This document shows, one piece after another, positions 1 to 6,008 of a stretch of DNA of 8,874 nucleotides (position 1 is its first letter; each line of letters starts with the position of its first letter). The DNA lies in the IMG/VR virus record IMGVR_UViG_2667527592_000001. One strand, given 5' to 3'. The stretch comes from a virus. Taxonomy: Duplodnaviria; Heunggongvirae; Uroviricota; Caudoviricetes. Under the pieces are notes generated by a model, which worked only from the letters and a program-made list of their open reading frames with translations, made no database searches and was not told where the DNA came from. The position numbers and the translations under genes are program-made.

Positions 1-503
1 TTGAACTGAATGGCAAAGGCACCAGTACGCGCCCCACGCTGACGGTTTCTAACCTGTACGGTATGGTCACCGGGATGGCGGAAGATCTGCAGAGTCTGGT
101 CGGCGGAACGGTGGTCCGGCGTAAGGTCTACGCCCGTTTTCTGGATACGGTGAACTTCGTCAACGGAAACCGTGACGCCGATCCGGAGCAGGAGGTGATC
201 AGCCGCTGGCGCATCGAGCAGTGCAGCGAACTGAGCGCAGTCAGTGCCTCTTTTGTACTGTCCACGCCGACGGAAACGGATGGCGCTGTTTTTCCGGGAC
301 GTATCATGCTGGCCAACACCTGCACCTGGACCTATCGCGGTGATGAGTGCGGTTATCACGGTCCGGCGGTCGCGGATGAATATGACCAGCCGACGTCCGA
401 TATCACGAAGGATAAATGCAGCAAATGCCTGAGCGGCTGTAAGTTTCGCAATAACGTCGGCAACTTTGGCGGCTTCCTTTCCATTAACAAACTTTCGCAG
501 TGA
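1..503 (+). CDS. L: Tail tip protein L, 5'-truncated by the window edge (C-terminal ~167 codons present)
   Basis: Open frame runs from the window start (first full codon 3-5, translating ELNGKGTSTRPTLTVSNLYGMVTGMAED...) to TGA at 501-503. The Met at 63 in the ORF track is internal, not the start. Translation matches the C-terminal part of lambda gpL as I recall it, including the Cys-rich tail CTWTYRGDECGY...CSKCLSGC. Sits immediately upstream of K as in lambda. Confidence 0.9.
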   Translation, partial: ELNGKGTSTRPTLTVSNLYGMVTGMAEDLQSLVGGTVVRRKVYARFLDTVNFVNGNRDADPEQEVISRWRIEQCSELSAVSASFVLSTPTETDGAVFPGRIMLANTCTWTYRGDECGYHGPAVADEYDQPTSDITKDKCSKCLSGCKFRNNVGNFGGFLSINKLSQ

Positions 504-1252
504 ATCCCATGACAGAGACAGAATCAGCGATTCTGGCGCACGCCCGGCGATGTGCGCCAGCGGAGTCGTGCGGCTTCGTGGTGAGAGCGCCGGAGGGGGA
601 AAGATATTTTCCCTGCGTGAATATTTCCGGTGAGCCGGAGGATTATTTCCGGATGGCTCCGGAGGACTGGCTGCAGGCAGAGATGCAGGGTGAGATTGTG
701 GCGCTGGTTCACAGCCACCCCGGTGGTCTGCCCTGGCTGAGTGAGGCTGACCGGCGGTTGCAGGTGCAGAGTGATTTGCCGTGGTGGCTGGTCTGCCGGG
801 GAGTGATTCATAAGTTCCGCTGTGTGCCGCATCTCACCGGGCGGCGCTTTGAGCACGGGGTGACGGACTGTTACACGCTGTTCCGGGATGCTTATCATCT
901 GGCGGGGATTGAGATGCCGGATTTTCATCGCGGGGATGACTGGTGGCGTCACGGTCAGAATCTCTATCTTGACAATATGGAGGCGACTGGTTTTTACCGT
1001 GTCGCACTGACAGAGGCGCAGCCTGGCGACGTGCTGCTGTGCTGCTTTGGTTCATCGGTGCCGAATCATGCCGCCATTTACTGTGGTGACGGCGAGCTGC
1101 TGCACCATATTCCTGAACAACTGAGTAAACGAGAGAGGTATACCGACAAATGGCAGCGACGCACACACTCCCTCTGGCGTCACCGGGCATGGCGCGCATC
1201 TGCCTTTACGGGGATTTACAACGATTTGGCCGCCGCATCGACCTTCGTGTGA
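500..1252 (+). CDS. K: Tail tip assembly protein K, with an N-terminal MPN/JAMM-like motif and a C-terminal NlpC/P60-like Cys/His region
   Basis: 250-codon ORF starting at GTG 500, overlapping the L stop (gTGAat); alternative starts are ATG 509 and ATG 653, the latter giving a 199-aa product like the classical lambda K annotation. HSHPGGLPWLSEAD (nt 710-751) fits the JAMM pattern H-x-H-x7-S-x2-D. Cys124 in TDCYTLF (nt 869-871) and His in PNHAAIY fit an NlpC/P60 papain-like catalytic pair. Overall sequence recognised as lambda gpK. Confidence 0.9.
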   Translation: MNPMTETESAILAHARRCAPAESCGFVVRAPEGERYFPCVNISGEPEDYFRMAPEDWLQAEMQGEIVALVHSHPGGLPWLSEADRRLQVQSDLPWWLVCRGVIHKFRCVPHLTGRRFEHGVTDCYTLFRDAYHLAGIEMPDFHRGDDWWRHGQNLYLDNMEATGFYRVALTEAQPGDVLLCCFGSSVPNHAAIYCGDGELLHHIPEQLSKRERYTDKWQRRTHSLWRHRAWRASAFTGIYNDLAAASTFV

Positions 1253-1821
1253 AAACGGGGGCTGAAGCCATCCGGGCGCTGGCCACACAGCTCCCTGCGT
1301 TTCGTCAGAAACTGAGCGACGGCTGGTATCAGGTGCGTATTGCCGGACAGGATGTCAGCACGTCCGGATTAACGGCGCAGTTACATGAGGCTCTGCCTGA
1401 CGGCGCTGTGATTCATATTGTTCCCAGAGTCGCCGGGGCCAAGTCAGGTGGTGTATTCCAGATTGTCCTGGGAGCAGCCGCCATTGCCGGATCATTCTTT
1501 ACCGCCGGAGCCACCCTTGCAGCATGGGGGGCTGCCATTGGTGCCGGTGGTATGACCGGCATTCTGTTTTCTCTCGGTGCCAGTATGGTGCTCGGCGGTG
1601 TGGCTCAGATGCTGGCACCGAAAGCCAGGACGCCCACGGCAGCCAGTACAGATAACGGCAAACAGAACACGTATTTCTCGTCACTGGATAACATGGTTGC
1701 CCAGGGTAATGTTCTGCCTGTTCTGTACGGGGAAATGCGCGTGGGGTCACGTGTGGTTTCTCAGGAGATCAGCACGGCAGACGAAGGGGACGGTGGTCAG
1801 GTTGTGGTGATTGGTCGCTGA
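1150..1821 (+). CDS. I: Tail tip assembly protein I
   Basis: 223-codon ORF, the same length as lambda gpI, starting at ATG 1150 with a GAGAGAGG Shine-Dalgarno-like run at 1131-1138. Overlaps the K 3' end by 103 nt in a different frame, as I recall for lambda K/I. Contains a Gly/Ala-rich hydrophobic stretch (GGVFQIVLGAAAIAGSFFTAGATLAAWGAAIGAGGMTGILFSLGASMVLGGVAQMLAP). Stop TGA at 1819-1821. Confidence 0.9.
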   Translation: MAATHTLPLASPGMARICLYGDLQRFGRRIDLRVKTGAEAIRALATQLPAFRQKLSDGWYQVRIAGQDVSTSGLTAQLHEALPDGAVIHIVPRVAGAKSGGVFQIVLGAAAIAGSFFTAGATLAAWGAAIGAGGMTGILFSLGASMVLGGVAQMLAPKARTPTAASTDNGKQNTYFSSLDNMVAQGNVLPVLYGEMRVGSRVVSQEISTADEGDGGQVVVIGR

Positions 1822-1839
1822 TGCAAAATGTTTTATGTG

Positions 1840-1867
1840 AAACCGCCTGCGGGCGGTTTTGTCGTTT
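1840..1867 (+). terminator. Terminator-like hairpin in the I-J intergenic region (8-bp GC-rich stem, 4-nt loop, U-rich tail)
   Basis: AAACCGCC (1840-1847) pairs with GGCGGTTT (1852-1859) around loop TGCG, followed by TGTCGTTT. Lies within the late operon, so it may act as a partial terminator, attenuator or RNA-stabilising structure. Confidence 0.5.
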
Positions 1868-1881
1868 ATGGAGCATGAGGA

Positions 1882-4800
1882 ATGGGTAAAGGCAGCAGTA
1901 AGGGGCATACCCCGCGCGAAGCGAAGGACAACCTGAAGTCCACGCAGCTGCTGAGTGTGATCGATGCCATCAGCGAAGGGCCGGTTGAAGGTCCGGTGGA
2001 TGGATTAAAAAGCGTGCTGCTGAACAGTACGCCGGTGCTGGACAGTGAGGGGAATACCAATATATCCGGCGTCACGGTGGTGTTCCGGGCAGGTGAGCAG
2101 GAGCAGACTCCGCCGGAGGGATTTGAATCCTCCGGCTCCGAGACGGTGCTGGGTACGGAAGTGAAATATGACACGCCGATCACCCGGACCATCACGTCGG
2201 CAAACATCGACCGACTGCGCCTGACCTTCGGTGTGCAGGCACTGGTGGAAACCACCTCAAAGGGGGACCGGAATCCGTCGGAAGTCCGCCTGCTGGTTCA
2301 GATACAGCGTAATGGTGGCTGGGTGACGGAAAAAGACATCACCATTAAGGGCAAAACCACCTCGCAGTATCTGGCCTCGGTGGTGGTGGATAACCTGCCG
2401 CCGCGCCCGTTTAATATCCGGATGCGCAGAATGACGCCGGACAGCACCACAGACCAGCTGCAGAACAAAACGCTCTGGTCGTCATACACCGAAATCATCG
2501 ATGTGAAACAGTGCTACCCGAACACGGCACTGGTCGGCGTGCAGGTGGATTCGGAACAGTTCGGCAGCCAGCAGGTGAGCCGTAATTATCATCTTCGCGG
2601 GCGTATTCTGCAGGTGCCGTCGAACTATAACCCGCAGACGCGGCAATACAGCGGTATCTGGGACGGAACGTTTAAACCGGCATACAGCAACAACATGGCC
2701 TGGTGTCTGTGGGATATGCTGACCCACCCGCGCTACGGCATGGGGAAACGTCTTGGTGCGGCAGATGTGGATAAATGGGCGCTGTATGTCATCGGCCAGA
2801 ATTGCGACCAGTCAGTGCCGGACGGCTCTGGCGGCACGGAGCCGCGCATCACCTGTAATGCCTACCTGACCACACAGCGCAAGGCGTGGGATGTGCTCAG
2901 CGATTTCTGCTCGGCGATGCGCTGTATGCCGGTATGGAACGGGCAGACGCTGACGTTCGTGCAGGACCGACCGTCGGATAAGGTGTGGACCTATAACCGC
3001 AGTAATGTGGTGATGCCGGATGATGGCGCGCCGTTCCGCTACAGCTTCAGCGCCCTCAAGGACCGCCATAATGCCGTTGAGGTGAACTGGATTGACCCGG
3101 ATAACGGCTGGGAGACGGCGACAGAGCTTGTGGAGGACACGCAGGCCATTCTCCGTTACGGTCGTAACGTCACGAAGATGGATGCCTTTGGCTGTACCAG
3201 CCGGGGGCAGGCACACCGCGCCGGGCTGTGGCTGATTAAAACGGAGCTGCTGGAGACGCAGACCGTGGATTTCAGCGTGGGTGCCGAAGGGCTTCGCCAT
3301 GTGCCGGGTGATGTTATTGAAATCTGCGATGATGACTATGCGGGGATCAGCATCGGCGGGCGCGTGCTGGCGGTGAACAGCCAGACCCGGACGCTGACGC
3401 TCGACCGTGAAATCACGCTGCCATCCTCCGGTACCACGCTGATAAGCCTGGTTGACGGAAGTGGCAATCCGGTCAGCGTGGAGGTCCAGTCCGTCACCGA
3501 CGGCGTGAAGGTAAAAGTGAGCCGTGTTCCTGACGGCGTTGCCGGATACAGCGTATGGGGGCTGAAGTTGCCGACGTTGCGCCAGCGCCTGTTCCGCTGC
3601 GTGAGTATCCGTGAGAACGACGACGGCACGTATGCCATCACCGCCGTGCAGCATGTACCCGAAAAAGAAGCCATCGTGGATAACGGGGCGCACTTTGACG
3701 GCGACCTGAGCGGCACGGTGAATGGCGTCACACCGCCCGCGGTGCAGCACCTGACTGCCGAAGTCACCGCAGACAGCGGGGAATATCAGGTGCTGGCGCG
3801 CTGGGACACGCCGAAGGTGGTGAAGGGGGTGAGCTTCCTGCTTCGCCTGACCGTGGCAGCGGACGATGGCAGTGAGCGGCTGGTCAGTACGGCCAGGACG
3901 ACGGAAACCACATACCGCTTCACGCAACTGGCGCTGGGGAACTACAGGCTGACTGTCCGGGCGGTAAATGCGTGGGGACAGCAGGGCGATCCGGCATCGG
4001 TATCGTTCCGGATTGCCGCACCGGCAGCGCCGTCTCGGATTGAGCTGACACCGGGCTATTTTCAGATAACTGCCACGCCACATCTTGCGGTTTATGACCC
4101 GACGGTACAATTTGAGTTCTGGTTCTCGGAAACGCGGATTACCGATATCAGGCAGGTTGAAACCACAGCCCGCTACCTTGGCACGGGGCTGTACTGGATA
4201 GCCGCCAGTATCAATATCAAACCGGGCCATGATTATTACTTTTATATCCGCAGTGTGAACACCGTTGGCAAATCGGCATTCGTGGAGGCCGTCGGTCGGG
4301 CGAGCGATGATGCGGAAGGTTACCTGGATTTTTTCAAAGGCAAGATAACCGAATCCCATCTTGGTAAAGAGCTGCTGGAAAAAGTCGACCTGACGGAGGA
4401 TAACGCCAGCAAACTGGAGCAGTTTTCGAAAGAGTGGAAGGATGCTAACGATAAGTGGAATGCCATGTGGGGCGTCAAAATTGAGCAGACCAAAGACGGC
4501 AAACATTATGTCGCGGGTATTGGCCTCAGCATGGAGGACACGGAGGAAGGCAAACTGAGCCAGTTTCTGGTTGCCGCCAATCGTATCGCGTTTATTGACC
4601 CGGCAAACGGGAATGAAACGCCGATGTTTGTGGCGCAGGGCAACCAGATATTCATGAACGACGTGTTCCTGAAGCGCCTGACGGCCCCCACCATTACCAG
4701 CGGTGGAAATCCACCGGCATTTTCCCTGACACCGGACGGAAAGCTGACTGCTAAAAATGCGGATATCAGTGGCAGTGTGAATGCGAACTCCGGGACGCTC

Positions 4801-5277
4801 AACAACGTCACGATTAACGAGAACTGTCGGGTTCTGGGAAAACTGTCCGCGAACCAGATTGAAGGCGATCTCGTTAAAACAGTGGGCAAAGCTTTCCCCC
4901 GGGACTCCCGTGCACCGGAACGGTGGCCATCAGGGACCATTACCGTCAGGGTTTATGACGATCAGCCGTTTGACCGGCAGATTGTTATTCCGGCGGTGGC
5001 ATTCAGCGGCGCTAAACATGAGAGAGAGCATACTGATATTTACTCCTCATGCCGTCTGATAGTGCGGAAAAACGGTGCTGAAATTTATAACCGTACCGCG
5101 CTGGATAATACGCTGATTTACAGTGGCGTTATTGATATGCCTGCCGGTCACGGTCACATGACGCTGGAGTTTTCGGTGTCAGCATGGCTGGTAAATGACT
5201 GGTATCCCACAGCAAGTATCAGCGATTTGCTGGTTGTGGTGATGAAGAAAGCCACCGCAGGCATCAGTATCAGCTGA
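1882..5277 (+). CDS. J: Tail tip host specificity protein J (central tail fibre)
   Basis: 1131-codon ORF (lambda gpJ is 1132 aa). N-terminus [34 protein letters not shown]... and long internal stretches match lambda J as I recall it. GGAG at 1871-1874 lies 7 nt upstream of ATG 1882. Stop TGA at 5275-5277. The last ~150 residues are the receptor-binding region. Confidence 0.97.
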   Translation: MGKGSSKGHTPREAKDNLKSTQLLSVIDAISEGPVEGPVDGLKSVLLNSTPVLDSEGNTNISGVTVVFRAGEQEQTPPEGFESSGSETVLGTEVKYDTPITRTITSANIDRLRLTFGVQALVETTSKGDRNPSEVRLLVQIQRNGGWVTEKDITIKGKTTSQYLASVVVDNLPPRPFNIRMRRMTPDSTTDQLQNKTLWSSYTEIIDVKQCYPNTALVGVQVDSEQFGSQQVSRNYHLRGRILQVPSNYNPQTRQYSGIWDGTFKPAYSNNMAWCLWDMLTHPRYGMGKRLGAADVDKWALYVIGQNCDQSVPDGSGGTEPRITCNAYLTTQRKAWDVLSDFCSAMRCMPVWNGQTLTFVQDRPSDKVWTYNRSNVVMPDDGAPFRYSFSALKDRHNAVEVNWIDPDNGWETATELVEDTQAILRYGRNVTKMDAFGCTSRGQAHRAGLWLIKTELLETQTVDFSVGAEGLRHVPGDVIEICDDDYAGISIGGRVLAVNSQTRTLTLDREITLPSSGTTLISLVDGSGNPVSVEVQSVTDGVKVKVSRVPDGVAGYSVWGLKLPTLRQRLFRCVSIRENDDGTYAITAVQHVPEKEAIVDNGAHFDGDLSGTVNGVTPPAVQHLTAEVTADSGEYQVLARWDTPKVVKGVSFLLRLTVAADDGSERLVSTARTTETTYRFTQLALGNYRLTVRAVNAWGQQGDPASVSFRIAAPAAPSRIELTPGYFQITATPHLAVYDPTVQFEFWFSETRITDIRQVETTARYLGTGLYWIAASINIKPGHDYYFYIRSVNTVGKSAFVEAVGRASDDAEGYLDFFKGKITESHLGKELLEKVDLTEDNASKLEQFSKEWKDANDKWNAMWGVKIEQTKDGKHYVAGIGLSMEDTEEGKLSQFLVAANRIAFIDPANGNETPMFVAQGNQIFMNDVFLKRLTAPTITSGGNPPAFSLTPDGKLTAKNADISGSVNANSGTLNNVTINENCRVLGKLSANQIEGDLVKTVGKAFPRDSRAPERWPSGTITVRVYDDQPFDRQIVIPAVAFSGAKHEREHTDIYSSCRLIVRKNGAEIYNRTALDNTLIYSGVIDMPAGHGHMTLEFSVSAWLVNDWYPTASISDLLVVVMKKATAGISIS

Positions 5278-5296
5278 ATTTTATAACCCATATACG

Positions 5297-5323
5297 GGCG
5301 CCAGAAATGGCGCCTTTTTTATT
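5297..5323 (+). terminator. Rho-independent terminator between J and lom
   Basis: GGCGCCA (5297-5303) pairs with TGGCGCC (5308-5314) around loop GAAA, followed by TTTTTTATT (5315-5323). Canonical intrinsic terminator geometry, 20 nt after the J stop. Confidence 0.75.
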
Positions 5324-5344
5324 GCAGAAAAGCGAGAGGTAATT

Positions 5345-5416
5345 ATGCGTAAAGTTTGTGCAACCATTTTGTCCGCAGCCATCTGTCTGTCCGTATCCGG
5401 TGCGCCTGCATGGGCG
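5345..5416 (+). other. Predicted Sec signal peptide of Lom (24 aa)
   Basis: Positively charged N-terminus (MRK), hydrophobic core (ATILSAAICLSV), and A-W-A before the predicted mature N-terminus SEHQ... Confidence 0.7.
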
Positions 5417-5944
5417 TCTGAACATCAGTCCACACTGAGCGCAGGGTATCTTCATGCCCGTACGAACGCTCCCGGCAGCGATAATCTGAACGGGATTAAC
5501 GTGAAATACCGTTATGAGTTTACGGACACGCTGGGGCTGATTACGTCCTTCAGTTATGCCAATGCTGAGGATGAGCAAAAAACGCACTACAGCGATACCC
5601 GCTGGCATGAAGATTCCGTGCGTAACCGCTGGTTCAGCGTGATGGCGGGGCCGTCTGTACGCGTGAATGAATGGTTCAGCGCGTATGCGATGGCGGGTGT
5701 GGCTTACAGCCGTGTGTCGACTTTCTCCGGGGATTATCTCCGCGTAACTGACAACAAGGGGAAAACGCACGATGTGCTGACCGGAAGTGATGACGGTCGC
5801 CACAGCAACACGTCTCTGGCGTGGGGAGCTGGCGTGCAGTTTAACCCGACCGAATCCGTGGCCGTTGATGTCGCTTATGAAGGCTCCGGCAGCGGTGACT
5901 GGCGTACCAACAGTTTCATCGTGGGTGTCGGTTATAAATTCTGA
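5345..5944 (+). CDS. lom: Lom-like outer membrane beta-barrel protein (Ail/Lom/PagC family)
   Basis: 199-codon ORF with GAGAGG Shine-Dalgarno at 5334-5339, 5 nt before ATG 5345. N-terminal signal peptide MRKVCATILSAAICLSVSGAPAWA with an AWA-S cleavage-type site. Conserved Lom motifs as I recall them: GINVKYRYE, SVMAGP, SAYAMAGVA and the C-terminal AYEGSGSGDWRTNSFIVGVGYKF ending in aromatic F. Same position as lom in lambda (between J and stf). Confidence 0.93.
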   Translation: MRKVCATILSAAICLSVSGAPAWASEHQSTLSAGYLHARTNAPGSDNLNGINVKYRYEFTDTLGLITSFSYANAEDEQKTHYSDTRWHEDSVRNRWFSVMAGPSVRVNEWFSAYAMAGVAYSRVSTFSGDYLRVTDNKGKTHDVLTGSDDGRHSNTSLAWGAGVQFNPTESVAVDVAYEGSGSGDWRTNSFIVGVGYKF

Positions 5945-5970
5945 TTAGCCAGGTAACACAGTGTTATGAC

Positions 5971-5998
5971 AGCCCGCCGGTTCAGGCGGGCTTTTTTG
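5971..5998 (+). terminator. Rho-independent terminator downstream of lom
   Basis: AGCCCGCC (5971-5978) pairs with GGCGGGCT (5985-5992) around loop GGTTCA, followed by a T-run (5992-5997). Begins 27 nt after the lom stop and ends ~10 nt before the stf start. Confidence 0.75.
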
Positions 5999-6008
5999 TG
6001 GGGGGAAT

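Noticed and set aside
63-503. ATG at 63 as the start of a 146-aa protein
   Set aside because: The frame is open back to the window edge and the upstream translation continues as L sequence. This is the C-terminal part of L, not a separate small gene.
524-1288. Minus-strand ORFs of 142, 121 and 78 aa overlapping K and I
   Set aside because: Antisense to well-supported tail assembly genes; Arg/Pro-rich translations with no recognisable motifs.
1577-1810. 77-aa + strand ORF in an alternate frame inside I
   Set aside because: Fully nested within I in another frame; Trp/Arg-rich translation with no motif or start context. Most likely a frame shadow.
2812-4506. 564-aa ORF on the minus strand, entirely inside J
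   Set aside because: Antisense to a strongly supported, conserved 1131-codon gene. The translation is Arg/Pro/Ala/His-rich low-complexity sequence typical of the reverse strand of GC-rich coding DNA. No convincing start context; no room for it in the lambdoid gene map.
5227-5296. Possible sigma-70 promoter for lom within the J 3' end (TATAAC-like hexamer at 5283-5288)
   Set aside because: No acceptable -35 hexamer at 16-18 bp spacing, and the hexamer lies upstream of the J-lom terminator, so transcripts from it would face that terminator. Too weak to call from sequence alone.
5270-5803. 177-aa minus-strand ORF overlapping lom
   Set aside because: Antisense to lom, which has a clear Shine-Dalgarno, signal peptide and family motifs. 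No independent support.
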